Positions 37,291 to 46,424 of a stretch of DNA of 64,000 nt are shown here, one piece after another. The DNA comes from Chloroflexota bacterium (GTDB lineage: Bacteria > Chloroflexota > UBA11872). Location: the NCBI GenBank assembly GCA_965262745.1, contig OZ253558.1, forward strand, positions 1,858,494-1,922,493. Direction: 5' to 3'. A model generated the notes under the pieces. It made no database searches, was not told the DNA's origin, and saw only the letters and a list, made by a program, of their open reading frames with translations. Numbering within the stretch: position 1 is the first letter of the stretch; each line of letters opens with the position of its first letter. A program made the translations under genes and the position numbers.

Positions 37291-38445
37291 CTAGGCGCTC
37301 CAGCAGTCCACGAACTGGTCCAGCGTCACGGGTTGCCGAGGCTCGGCGTGGAGGCGCTGCGCCAACCAGTCAAATCGCCGCCAGAGTTCGTCGGCCTCGG
37401 CCTCGCTGAACCGGTCGCCGAAGGCCGGTCCCCAGCCCAGCGTGAGCGGGTGGAGGTGTGTCGCCTGGCGCTGCACGTCCTCCGGCAGGTCGTCGAAGCC
37501 CGGCTGCTTGAGCAGGTGAATGTGCCGCGCGGCTTCGGCCAGGCAGGCCGTGAGGGTCAGCTTGGCGGCGGGTCCGGCGCCGGGGTGCAAGCGCTCGAGT
37601 GCCGTGCGAAAGGCCGTCGCGTCACCGTCCAGGACGCCGCGCAGCGCCTGCTCGGTGAGGTCCCGCTGCTCCGCCGCGCGGCGGTTCCAGGTCTGGAACT
37701 CGGCGGCGGCCGTCAGCGAGAGATGCCGGGTGAAGCCGATGTCCCGCGGCATGGCGTGCACCGCAATGCCGCCGTGCACCGTGCGCCGCAGCTTCGGGCT
37801 GTAGTTGCTGCCCCAGTGCAGCATGCTGTGGTAGTAGATCAAGCCGTCGCCGGCCTTCAACTCCACGCGCATGCCGCCCGGCAGCGGCGACCGCGGATCG
37901 TCCGCCAGTTGCCGATCCTCCTCGGGCGTATTCAGGCGGCGGTGGCTGCCCGGCACCACCCAGAGCACGTTGTCGTCGTAGAGCGGCAGGTTCCATTGCA
38001 GGTAGCGCGGGCCGGTTTCGGCCAGCTCCTCTTGCAGCAGCCACAGCGGCGCCACTTCGAGGTGCCCGATGTCGCGGTGCCACTTGGCGGGGCCGTGGTC
38101 GGTCCGCGGGTTGCACATCATCATCATGTGCATGGGTACCGCCTCGGTCCCGCTGAGCACCTCGCGGCTGACGCCCATGATCGGCTCGCTGAGCCATAGC
38201 TCGACCGCCAGCGCCGTCTCCGCGTCCACCAGCCGCTCAAACTCCGGCACGCGCGGCTGCGGGCGCGAGTCCCACACGCCGCCGGGCGGATCGCCGGGCC
38301 CGGCCTCGCGTCGCCAGATTTCGCGCTGCCGGTCGAGGATCGCCTCGCAAACCGTGCGCACGTCGTCGAGCTCCTCAGCCGGTATGACGTTGCGCAGGAT
38401 CAGATAGCCGTCGCGTCTGAGGCGAGAGCGGTTCAGGCTGGGCAT
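37291..38445 (-). CDS. Phytanoyl-CoA dioxygenase (PhyH) family Fe(II)/2-oxoglutarate dioxygenase, paralog 1
   Basis: RDGYLILRNVIP start, HxD in KWHRDIG, VVPGSHRR, and a distal His in MLHWGS/TVHGG. An extra helical C-terminal region of about 130 aa. Confidence 0.8.
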   Translation of the reverse strand: MPSLNRSRLRRDGYLILRNVIPAEELDDVRTVCEAILDRQREIWRREAGPGDPPGGVWDSRPQPRVPEFERLVDAETALAVELWLSEPIMGVSREVLSGTEAVPMHMMMMCNPRTDHGPAKWHRDIGHLEVAPLWLLQEELAETGPRYLQWNLPLYDDNVLWVVPGSHRRLNTPEEDRQLADDPRSPLPGGMRVELKAGDGLIYYHSMLHWGSNYSPKLRRTVHGGIAVHAMPRDIGFTRHLSLTAAAEFQTWNRRAAEQRDLTEQALRGVLDGDATAFRTALERLHPGAGPAAKLTLTACLAEAARHIHLLKQPGFDDLPEDVQRQATHLHPLTLGWGPAFGDRFSEAEADELWRRFDWLAQRLHAEPRQPVTLDQFVDCWSA

Positions 38446-38522
38446 GGGGACTCCAGTGCTGAGAAGCGCACTACACGGCGGTTCAGGCGGAACGTTTCAC
38501 GCAAGGTACTTGAGCGCTAAGT

Positions 38523-38553
38523 TTCCCACGCTGCACGCAGCGCGGGCCACCGG
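38523..38553. repeat. Family A palindromic intergenic repeat copy
   Basis: ttcccacgctgcacgcagcgcgggccaccgg; imperfect hairpin CCCACGCTG/CAGCGCGGG. Confidence 0.85.
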
Positions 38554-38615
38554 GGAATTGAGTTCCAGCCGTCGCCCGTTGGCATTGCGGGGCCGACATG
38601 TCGGGGAGGCTAGGC

Positions 38616-39770
38616 CTATCTAGCCCAGCTCGCAACAAATTCGTCCAGCGTCACGGGTTGCGGGGGATCGGCGTGGAGGCGTTGCGCCAGCCAGTCGAAG
38701 CGGTGCCAGAGTTGGTCGGCCTGGGTCTCGCCGAACCGGTCGCCGAAAGCCGGTCCCCAGCCCAGCGTGAGCGGGTGGATGTGCTGCGCGCGCGACTGCA
38801 CGTCCTCCGGCAGATCGTCGAAGTCCGACCGCCTGAGCAACTGGACATTCTGGGCGGCTTCGCCCAGGCAGGCCGTGAGGGCCAGCTTGGCGGCGGGGCC
38901 GGCGCCGGCGTGCAGTCGTTCGAGCGCCGCGTGAAAGGCCGCCGCGTCCCCATCCAGGACGCCGCGCAGCGCCTGCTCGGTGAGGTCCCGTTGCTCCGCC
39001 GCGCGGCGCGCCCAGGACTCGAACGCGGCGGCGGCCGACGGCGAGAGATGCCGCGTGAAACCTGTATCGCGCGGGTTGGCGTGCACGGCCATGCCGCCGT
39101 GCACCGTGCGCCGCAGCTTCGGGGTGTAGCTGCTGCCCCAGTGCAGCATGCTGTGGTGGTAGATCACCGCGTCGCCGGCCTTCAACTCCACGCGCATGCC
39201 GCCCGGCAGCGGGGACCACGGATCCTCCGCCAGCCGCCGATCCTCATCCGGCGTGTTCGGACGCCGGTGGCTGCCCGGCACGACCCAGAGCACGTCGTCG
39301 TCGTAGAGCGGCAGGTTCCACTGCAGGTAGCGCGGGCCGGTTTCCGCCAGTTCCTCCTGCAGCAGCCACAGCGGGGCCATGTCGTCAGCGCCGATGTCGC
39401 GGTGCCACTTGGCGGGGCCGTGCTCGGTCCGCGGGTTGCACATCATCATCATCTCCATGGGCACCGCCTCCGGCTGGCTCAGCAGCTCGCGGCTGGTCCC
39501 CATGATCGGATCGCTGAGCCAAAGCTCGACCGCCCGCGCCGTTTCCGCGTCCACCAGCCGCTCGAAGGCCGCCACGCGCGGCTGCGGGTGCTTGTCCCAC
39601 ATGCCGCCGGGCGGATCGTCGGGCCCGGCCTGGCGGCGCCAGATGTCGCGCTGCCGGTCCAGCAGCCCCTCACAGGCGGTGCGCACGGCGTCAATCTCGT
39701 CGGCCGGGATGACATTGCGCAGGATGAGGTAGCCGTCCCGCCTGAGGAGGGAGCGGTTCAGGCTTGGCAT
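38616..39770 (-). CDS. PhyH family Fe(II)/2OG dioxygenase, paralog 2
   Basis: 48/60 identical to paralog 1 over the first 60 aa (hand count). Same length (384 aa) and the same motifs. Confidence 0.8.
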   Translation of the reverse strand: MPSLNRSLLRRDGYLILRNVIPADEIDAVRTACEGLLDRQRDIWRRQAGPDDPPGGMWDKHPQPRVAAFERLVDAETARAVELWLSDPIMGTSRELLSQPEAVPMEMMMMCNPRTEHGPAKWHRDIGADDMAPLWLLQEELAETGPRYLQWNLPLYDDDVLWVVPGSHRRPNTPDEDRRLAEDPWSPLPGGMRVELKAGDAVIYHHSMLHWGSSYTPKLRRTVHGGMAVHANPRDTGFTRHLSPSAAAAFESWARRAAEQRDLTEQALRGVLDGDAAAFHAALERLHAGAGPAAKLALTACLGEAAQNVQLLRRSDFDDLPEDVQSRAQHIHPLTLGWGPAFGDRFGETQADQLWHRFDWLAQRLHADPPQPVTLDEFVASWAR

Positions 39771-39852
39771 GTGGTCTCCGATGCTGACAGGCGCACTACG
39801 CGTCGATCCTGAATGTGCTGCTCAGGCGAGATTCTTGCATGACGTGCTGCCC

Positions 39853-39883
39853 TTCCCAGGCTGCGCGCAGCCTGGGACACCGG
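39853..39883. repeat. Family A palindromic intergenic repeat copy (CAGG variant)
   Basis: ttcccaggctgcgcgcagcctgggacaccgg; perfect palindrome CCCAGGCTGCGCGCAGCCTGGG. Confidence 0.85.
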
Positions 39884-39945
39884 GGAATTGAGCTCCAGCC
39901 GTCGCCCGTGGGCATTGAGCGGCCGACATGCGGGGAGTGCCAGGC

Positions 39946-41157
39946 CTACCCGGACCAGCTCGCAACGAATTCGTCCACCGCCACCGGCTCCGGCAAGTCG
40001 TTCTGGTAGTACCTGTTGGGGCTGCCTTGCAGACCGGTCACCGGCTGGATCGTGTCGGCGAGCAAGCGCGACTCCAGCCAGTCGAAGCGATGCCACAGCT
40101 CGTCGGCTTCGGCATCGGTGAATCGCCGCGCGAACGACGCCCCCCAGTTCAGCATGAACGGCTGGGTGTACGTCGCGTAAAGCCTCAATAACGGCGACAG
40201 CTCATCGAAGTCCGGCTGCTTGAGTTGGTGGATGTGCTGCGCCGCCTTGCAGAGGAAAACCGTGAGGACCAGCTTGGCGGCCGGTCCGGCACCGGGCAGG
40301 AGCGACTCGAGTGCGCCATGAAACGTGGGCGCGTCGCGGCCGAGCGCCGCGCGCAGCGCCCGCTCGGTGAGGTCACGCTGGTCCGCCGCGCGGCGCGACC
40401 AGGACTCGAACGCGGCGCGGGCCGGCGGCGAGAGATGGCGCGCGAAGCCAACGTCCCGCGGGTGGGCCTGCACCGCATGCCCGCCGTGCAGCGTGCGCCG
40501 GAGCTTGGGGGCATAGTTGCTGCCCCAATGCAGCATGCAGTTGTTATAGATCACGCCGTCGCCGGCCTTCAGGTCCACGGGCACGCCGCCGGGCAGGGGC
40601 GCTTGCGGGTCTTCCTCGAGCTGCCGCTCTTCCTCCGGCGTGTTGAGCCGACGATGGCTGCCGGGAACGACCCACAGCACGTCGTCGTCGTAGAGCGGAA
40701 CGTTCCACTGCAGGTACCGCGGGCCGGTTTCGAGAATTTCGGCTTGCAGGAGCCGCAGCGGCGCCATGTCGATGGGGTGGATATCCCGGTGCCACTTGGC
40801 GGGGCCGTGGTCGGTCCGCGGATTGCACATCATCGTCATGAGCATTGGCGACGCCTCCGGCAGGCACAGCAATTCACGGCAGACGCCCAGCACCGGCTCG
40901 CCTAGCCAGAGCTCGACCACCCGCGCCGTATCGGCGTCAACCAGGCGCTCCATGTCCGAAACCCGCGGCTGCGGGCGCGTGTCCCACACTCCGCCGGGAG
41001 GATCGTCGGGCCCAGCCTCGCGGCGCCAGATCTCCCGCTGCCGATCGAGGATCGCCTCGGAGGCCTCCCGCATGGCGTCGAGTTCGTCGACCGGAATGAC
41101 GTTGCGCAGGATGACGTAGCCGTCCCGCCTGAGAAGGGAGCGGTTCAGACTCGACAT
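39946..41157 (-). CDS. PhyH family Fe(II)/2OG dioxygenase, paralog 3
   Basis: Same architecture and motifs (KWHRDIH, VVPGSHRR, MLHWGSNY). 403 aa, with a short insert near the C-terminus (TGLQGSPNRYYQNDLPEP). Confidence 0.8.
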   Translation of the reverse strand: MSSLNRSLLRRDGYVILRNVIPVDELDAMREASEAILDRQREIWRREAGPDDPPGGVWDTRPQPRVSDMERLVDADTARVVELWLGEPVLGVCRELLCLPEASPMLMTMMCNPRTDHGPAKWHRDIHPIDMAPLRLLQAEILETGPRYLQWNVPLYDDDVLWVVPGSHRRLNTPEEERQLEEDPQAPLPGGVPVDLKAGDGVIYNNCMLHWGSNYAPKLRRTLHGGHAVQAHPRDVGFARHLSPPARAAFESWSRRAADQRDLTERALRAALGRDAPTFHGALESLLPGAGPAAKLVLTVFLCKAAQHIHQLKQPDFDELSPLLRLYATYTQPFMLNWGASFARRFTDAEADELWHRFDWLESRLLADTIQPVTGLQGSPNRYYQNDLPEPVAVDEFVASWSG

Positions 41158-41232
41158 CAGGCCTCCGATGCTGGGGCGCGCTGCGCGTCGGGTCGAGGTG
41201 CGCGTCTCACGCGAGACCGTTGCATGGTCGCC

Positions 41233-41263
41233 TTCCCACGCTGTACGCAGCGTGGGCCACCGG
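41233..41263. repeat. Family A palindromic intergenic repeat copy
   Basis: ttcccacgctgtacgcagcgtgggccaccgg; perfect 9-bp stem CCCACGCTG/CAGCGTGGG with loop TACG. Confidence 0.85.
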
Positions 41264-41292
41264 CGGTAGGCCCACCGGGCATGGCAGAGAAG

Positions 41293-42204
41293 TTACGGGT
41301 TGCCTTGGCGAACATAGTCGGCCACCTTCTCCTCCCACATTTCCTGGTAGCCCTTGCCCTCGAAAAGGTGGATCAGCGGCGCGTGCTCGTCGCCCGGATG
41401 TACGCCGCCCGACTCCTCGGCCAGCGCGCCCAGCAGCTGCCGGCGCACCGGGTCGGCGCGCGCGATGAGCTCCGGTGAGCTGGACATGCGGTCGCCCAGC
41501 CGCATCCACAGCGGCGCGTACACAAAGAAGACATTCTTGCGCCGCACCTCGGACCTATTGCGCGAGACAGCGTGCCAGAGCGCGTTGTGAAACAGCAGCG
41601 CGTCGCCGGCGCGCAGCAGCACCTGCTCGGCGCCCGGCACGCCGGCGTCGATCTCGTCGACCTCCTGGAAGCGGCTGGGGGAGCTGAGGGCTACCGCGTC
41701 GGCGTCGCTGCGCGGAAATTTTCCACGGTGGCTGCCGGGAATGAGCAGAAAGTTGCCCATGTCGGGCGCGTCGAGATCGGTGAGGAACCAGCCGATCTTG
41801 AGATGCAGCAAGGGTGTCAACCCGTTGGCGCGCGGAAACGGGTAGGGCTTGGGACCGTCGAAGTGCCAGCGACTGCCCGGATGCGGCGTCGGCGGGCGCA
41901 CCATGACCTGCGACGTTATGAGCTGGATGCACGCTCCCATCAAGTCCATCAGGATGCCCAGATGCCTGGGGTGATCGATGAGATCGAGGAAGGCGTCCTC
42001 CTCCTCGACCACGTTGAGGGTGCTCAGGAATTCGTCGGGGGCCCGGCCATCGCGCTGCGAAGCCCCGTCGAGGCGGTCGACGGCGTCGATCAGCCGCTCG
42101 ATCTCGTCGGTCGCCAGCACGCCCGGCAGGACGAGGTAGCCCTGCGTGTCCCAGTGCTCGCGCTGTTCCGGCGTGAGCCGTGTGAGGGTCGTGGGTTCGA
42201 TCAC
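41293..42204 (-). CDS. PhyH family Fe(II)/2OG dioxygenase (shorter, divergent fourth member)
   Basis: GYLVLPGVL, the HxD in RWHFDGP, LLIPGSHRG and LWHAVS. I place the start at the GTG at 42204, preceded by GGGGAGG. The ORF-track start at 42327 adds an Arg-rich leader. Confidence 0.8.
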   Translation of the reverse strand: MIEPTTLTRLTPEQREHWDTQGYLVLPGVLATDEIERLIDAVDRLDGASQRDGRAPDEFLSTLNVVEEEDAFLDLIDHPRHLGILMDLMGACIQLITSQVMVRPPTPHPGSRWHFDGPKPYPFPRANGLTPLLHLKIGWFLTDLDAPDMGNFLLIPGSHRGKFPRSDADAVALSSPSRFQEVDEIDAGVPGAEQVLLRAGDALLFHNALWHAVSRNRSEVRRKNVFFVYAPLWMRLGDRMSSSPELIARADPVRRQLLGALAEESGGVHPGDEHAPLIHLFEGKGYQEMWEEKVADYVRQGNP

Positions 42205-42347
42205 GGGCGCACCTCCCCGAGTGCTGTTTCCCGGCGTCCGAGCCTCGGCCAGGCCCAGCGTAGCGCGGGCGAACCAGCGCCAACCATCGCCGGGGCGCCG
42301 GGCGCGTCTTAGGCGAGGCTTCGGCAAACGTGGGAGGCCCGGATTGG

Positions 42348-42695
42348 ATGGACTCCTTGTCCACGCCGCGCACCTTCTGTGAAACCCTGCCGCTGAACCG
42401 GGCCGCTTTGGTGGTATGGGTCGCGGGCGATGTCGCGGCGATCGCCGCCGCCTTTTGGATGCTGGCGTCCGGCAAGTGGGGCGGGTTCATCGGGCTGACC
42501 TTTGGCGCATTCGCCGTCACGGCGACGTTGCTGGTCTTCCGGCGCCTGCAGGTTCGCGTCGATGCCAGCGGCGTCGCGGCCACGGGTGGCATCCATTGCT
42601 TCGGAGTCGAAGTTAAACCCCGAACACGTATAAAAACTCGCGGCCCCAAGGTCACCCCGCGGCCCGCCGCGGGGTGCGCTACCAGTTGCCGTTGA
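42348..42695 (+). CDS. Possible small 2-TM membrane protein, hypothetical
   Basis: Two hydrophobic helices (ALVVWVAGDVAAIAAAFWML, FIGLTFGAFAVTATLLVF) followed by RRLQVRVD. The 3-prime end overlaps the convergent SDR gene by 17 nt. Confidence 0.35.
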   Translation: MDSLSTPRTFCETLPLNRAALVVWVAGDVAAIAAAFWMLASGKWGGFIGLTFGAFAVTATLLVFRRLQVRVDASGVAATGGIHCFGVEVKPRTRIKTRGPKVTPRPAAGCATSCR

Positions 42696-43440
42696 CCAGC
42701 CAGCCGCCGTCGGCGAAGAGGCAGTGGCCGGTGACGAAGCTCGACTCATCCGAGGCCAGGAAGACCGCCGCGGCGGCGATCTCGTCGGCGCTGCCGAGGC
42801 GTCCGGCCGGGACGCGATCCAGCAGCGGCGCGATGGCCTCGTCGCCCTCCTCGCGAGCGCCGCGAAACAGCGGGGTATCCGTGTATCCGGGCCCTATCGA
42901 GTTAGCCCGCACGCCGTCGGCGGCCAGCTCGACGGCCATGACCTGCGTGGCCATGATGACCGCCGCCTTGGAGGTGCAGTAGCCCAGACGCTCGCGGACG
43001 GCGCGCGCGCCGTAGATGGAGGCGATGTTGATGATGGAGCCGGTGCCGTTGGCCACCATCTGGCGGGCGGCCGCCTGCGCGCCGAAGACAACGGCGTCGA
43101 GATTGAGGTCCATCACGCGGCGCCAGTCCTCACGCGTGTGGTCGAGCAGCGTGGCGCCGATCGATACCCCGGCGCTGCCGACCCAGACGGTGAGGCCGCC
43201 GAGGTCGCTGACGACGCCGTCGACGAAGCGGTCGAGGTCCGCCTGCTCGGTCACGTCGATCCGCATGTCCAGGGCGCGCCGGCCGAGCGCGCGCACCTCG
43301 GCGGCCACCTGCGCGGCCCGCTCGGGGTCGAGATCACCCACGGCGACGTCGGCGCCCTCACGCGCGAACGCGAGCGCGCAGGCGCGGCCGATGCCCGAGC
43401 CGCCACCGGTGATGGCCGCGATCTTGCCCTCCAGCCGCAT
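42679..43440 (-). CDS. SDR family oxidoreductase
   Basis: TGGGSGIGRA cofactor motif, NIAS, catalytic YCTSKAAV. Confidence 0.85.
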   Translation of the reverse strand: MRLEGKIAAITGGGSGIGRACALAFAREGADVAVGDLDPERAAQVAAEVRALGRRALDMRIDVTEQADLDRFVDGVVSDLGGLTVWVGSAGVSIGATLLDHTREDWRRVMDLNLDAVVFGAQAAARQMVANGTGSIINIASIYGARAVRERLGYCTSKAAVIMATQVMAVELAADGVRANSIGPGYTDTPLFRGAREEGDEAIAPLLDRVPAGRLGSADEIAAAAVFLASDESSFVTGHCLFADGGWLVNGNW

Positions 43441-43592
43441 GTTCAGCCCCCTTCAACGTCGGAATGCACGGACCAACGGCCGCATTGTCGCGAGAAATTC
43501 CGGCACGCGGGCATGGCCGGGCGAACATGTACCGAACTGCCTGCTGAAACCGTGCGAAACTAGCCACCCCTACAGTTGTTGAGCGTGGTGCA

Positions 43593-44531
43593 GTGCGTCC
43601 TGTAGTCAAGGAAGGCGTCTACTCCGGCCCACGGCCGGGGTTGCACTACTTCCGGTCCGGTCTCCAAGTGCTGCGGTCGAGCCCGCGACTCTATGTGCAG
43701 CTCGTGGTGCTGTTTTCCGCCCCGGCGGTTGGCGCCGCGCTGCTGAGCGTGTCCGGGGCAGGCAACGACTTCAGCCGAGCGGCTGGAGCTGTGGTGCTGG
43801 ATTTCTTTCCAGCGCAAGTAGCGCCGGCGGTGATGATGGTGGCCGTGGCGGCAGGGTTCGCCGGACGCACGCTGGGCGTGGGGGATTCGTTGCGGCAGGG
43901 CCTGCCGTGGCTGCCGCGGTATATCTGGACGAACCTGCACACCTCGGTGGTGTTCTGGGTGCCGGTTGGCACGCTGGTCGCGCTCTATCAACGCCGGATT
44001 GGCGGGTTGCCGGACGACGGCGCTTTGGGTACCGCCATTTCGGTGACGCTGATCGCCGCCATGATCGTCCTGGGGCTCTACATCCAGACACGCACGCTGC
44101 TGGCGTCGTTCCTGGCTGTTCACGAGAACCAGCCGGGAACGCTGGCGGCCCTGAACTCCTGGCGGATAGGCGGCAGGCACACGGGCCGCATCCTCGGCAC
44201 CTTCGTGGTGGCGGGCTTGCCGGTGGCGTTGCCGCTGTTTCTGCTGGTTTCGGGACTGCTGATTGCCTGGCAGGGGCTACCCGAGGTGCAGGCCGTACTG
44301 CTGGCCATGCTGCCGTCGCTGGCTTGGGCGGCGATCCAGGTCGTGCGCCCGGTCATGGTGCCGGCGGTCTATAGCCTGTATCGCGACCTCTGGGACGACG
44401 AGGTCGCCCGGCGCAGGCGCGATGGCGAGCCGCGCAACCCGGCCTTCGTGGCGCCGCTGCTGGCGGTGTCGGCCTGGCTGCCGCGAGCCGCGGGGAGTCT
44501 GGTCGGCCGGCGACTTTACGGGAGCCTCTAG
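43593..44531 (+). CDS. Hypothetical polytopic membrane protein
   Basis: About 6 hydrophobic segments and GC3-rich codons. No family recognised. Confidence 0.5.
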   Translation: MRPVVKEGVYSGPRPGLHYFRSGLQVLRSSPRLYVQLVVLFSAPAVGAALLSVSGAGNDFSRAAGAVVLDFFPAQVAPAVMMVAVAAGFAGRTLGVGDSLRQGLPWLPRYIWTNLHTSVVFWVPVGTLVALYQRRIGGLPDDGALGTAISVTLIAAMIVLGLYIQTRTLLASFLAVHENQPGTLAALNSWRIGGRHTGRILGTFVVAGLPVALPLFLLVSGLLIAWQGLPEVQAVLLAMLPSLAWAAIQVVRPVMVPAVYSLYRDLWDDEVARRRRDGEPRNPAFVAPLLAVSAWLPRAAGSLVGRRLYGSL

Positions 44532-44627
44532 CGGGTCACTCCTGGTCCAGGCGCTATCCTTAGCGCACACCCGGATCAACGCGCGGTTCGACCTGGCCGC
44601 CAACTGAACATTCCCGGAGGATGTCCT

Positions 44628-45596
44628 ATGCCCCCCAGCAGTGACCGCGCCTTGCGCGAGTTGCGCGGTCCCGCCGCCTTGGTGATGGCGCCGTTCGATG
44701 ACGACCTGCGGCTCGACCTGGACGCCCTGCGCTCGAACATCCAGTTCATGCTGGACGCGGGCTTGGAGACCGGGAAGGGGTTCATCATCTCGCCGTGCGG
44801 CAGCGGCGAGTACCTGAGCCTTTCGCCGTCCGAGCATCGCGACATGGTGGCGGTGTCGATTGAGGCCGCCGCCGGCCGGGCGCCAGTGGTTGCGGGCGCG
44901 GCGAGCCTGAACCTGGACGAGGTGATCGCGCTCTCGCAGGGCGCGGTGGACGCCGGCGCGGAGTACGTGATGATCTCGCCGCCCTGCTACTACCCGATCA
45001 GCCAGGAGGGCATGTACGAGTGGTACCGGATCCTCACCGAGTCGCTCGACGCCGGGATCATGATCTACGACCAATCCTGGCGGCAGGACATCGGCACGTC
45101 GCTGGGCGTGGAGCTCATCGGGCAGCTGGCCGAGTTGCCGGGCATCGTGTCGCTCAAGTACGGCGCGCCAAACATCATCGAGCCCATGGTCGAGGCGCTG
45201 GATCGGTTCGCCGACCGCTTCGCCTTCATCGACAACTCGCTGGGCTACATCTCAACGCTGGCCTACATGCACGGCGCCGCCGGGTTCATTTCCGGTCCGT
45301 CGACCTGGTGGCCGGAGTTCGAGCTGGAGTTCTTCCGCCTGCTGGAAGCGGGAGACTTCGCCGGCGCGGACCGCTGGCACGCAAAGATCGGGCCTTACAT
45401 GTGGCTGCACCAGAGCGAGGGCGGCCCGGGCTGGCGGGGCCTGCAGGACGCGGCCATCATCAAGGCGGCGCAGGACTTCGTGGGCCTCCACGGCGGACCG
45501 TCACGACCGCCGTTCCGCGGCGTGAATGATGAGGAGCGGCGCGTGATCAATGCGGTCCTGGACGACCTGGGCGTGCGGCAGGCGGTGCCCGCCTAG
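44628..45596 (+). CDS. Dihydrodipicolinate synthase / N-acetylneuraminate lyase family (class I aldolase) protein
   Basis: Family-typical layout: GFIISPCGSGEYLSLSPSEH, YVMISPPCYY, and a candidate Schiff-base Lys in IVSLKYG. Confidence 0.75.
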   Translation: MPPSSDRALRELRGPAALVMAPFDDDLRLDLDALRSNIQFMLDAGLETGKGFIISPCGSGEYLSLSPSEHRDMVAVSIEAAAGRAPVVAGAASLNLDEVIALSQGAVDAGAEYVMISPPCYYPISQEGMYEWYRILTESLDAGIMIYDQSWRQDIGTSLGVELIGQLAELPGIVSLKYGAPNIIEPMVEALDRFADRFAFIDNSLGYISTLAYMHGAAGFISGPSTWWPEFELEFFRLLEAGDFAGADRWHAKIGPYMWLHQSEGGPGWRGLQDAAIIKAAQDFVGLHGGPSRPPFRGVNDEERRVINAVLDDLGVRQAVPA

Positions 45597-45612
45597 CGGC
45601 TGCCCCGGTCGC

Positions 45613-46383
45613 TCAGCCTTGCTCGGAGGCGACGCGGACGTCTTCGGCCGTATCCCGCAAGACCGTAGGGCGGATGGCGATCTCCTCGATGAGCGTGCGC
45701 GCCGGCATGGCGGCACAGAAGAGGATGGCGTCCGCCACGTCCGAGGCGCCGATCATGGTTGCGCGGTCCTCGGCCGTCGGCGGACGCGGGCGCTCCGCGA
45801 GCAGCGGCGTGTCGACCTCGCCGGGAAGGATCGTGCAGGCGCGGATGCCCCGGTTGCGGAATTCGGCGTTCACGCTGCCCATGAGATTGAGCAGCGCCGC
45901 TTTGGACGCCGCATAGGCCGCTCCGCCCAGCGGCCCGGGACTGTACACGGCGAACGACGACACGCTCACGATCGTGCCGCCGCCGCGCTCGATCATGCCC
46001 GGGATAAGCCCGCGGCAGAGGATCGCCGGGGCGGTGACGTTGATGCGGAAAAGGCGGTCAAGCGCGGCGTGGGCCTCTATCGAGCTGCGGTGGGGGGAGT
46101 TCGCGCCGGCGTTATTGACCAGGACGTCGACGCGATCCAGCGTCTCCGCCGCCCAGCGCCCGAGATCGTGAACTTGCTCCGCGTGCATGAAATCCGCGAC
46201 GTAGGTGGGAACGTCGACGCCGCCGGCGTCTTCAACGGCGGCCACGGTGCGGGCCAGGCGGTCGGGACTGCGGCTGGTGAGCGCCACCCGCGCGCCGGCC
46301 TGCGTGAGCGCAATGGCGGCGGCCGCCCCAATGCTCCCTCCGGCTCCCGTGACCAGCGCGACTTTCCCGTCCAACCGTTCCAT
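45613..46383 (-). CDS. SDR family oxidoreductase
   Basis: GKVALVTGAGGSIG, NNAG, catalytic YAASKAAL. Confidence 0.85.
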   Translation of the reverse strand: MERLDGKVALVTGAGGSIGAAAAIALTQAGARVALTSRSPDRLARTVAAVEDAGGVDVPTYVADFMHAEQVHDLGRWAAETLDRVDVLVNNAGANSPHRSSIEAHAALDRLFRINVTAPAILCRGLIPGMIERGGGTIVSVSSFAVYSPGPLGGAAYAASKAALLNLMGSVNAEFRNRGIRACTILPGEVDTPLLAERPRPPTAEDRATMIGASDVADAILFCAAMPARTLIEEIAIRPTVLRDTAEDVRVASEQG

Positions 46384-46424
46384 GCATCCCTCCGCCTTGG
46401 CGCGTCCGGGGTGACGACGGCCCG

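Noticed and set aside
38598-39812. 404-aa plus-strand ORF, and the similar plus-strand ORFs 37333..38199 and 40225..40905
   Set aside because: They are mirror frames of the PhyH paralogs. They repeat only because the real genes are duplicated, and they have no motifs.
41264-41292. Extra short repeat ggcccaccgg after the family A copy
   Set aside because: It is only a 10-nt partial echo of the CACCGG tail region, too short to distinguish from chance in GC-rich DNA.
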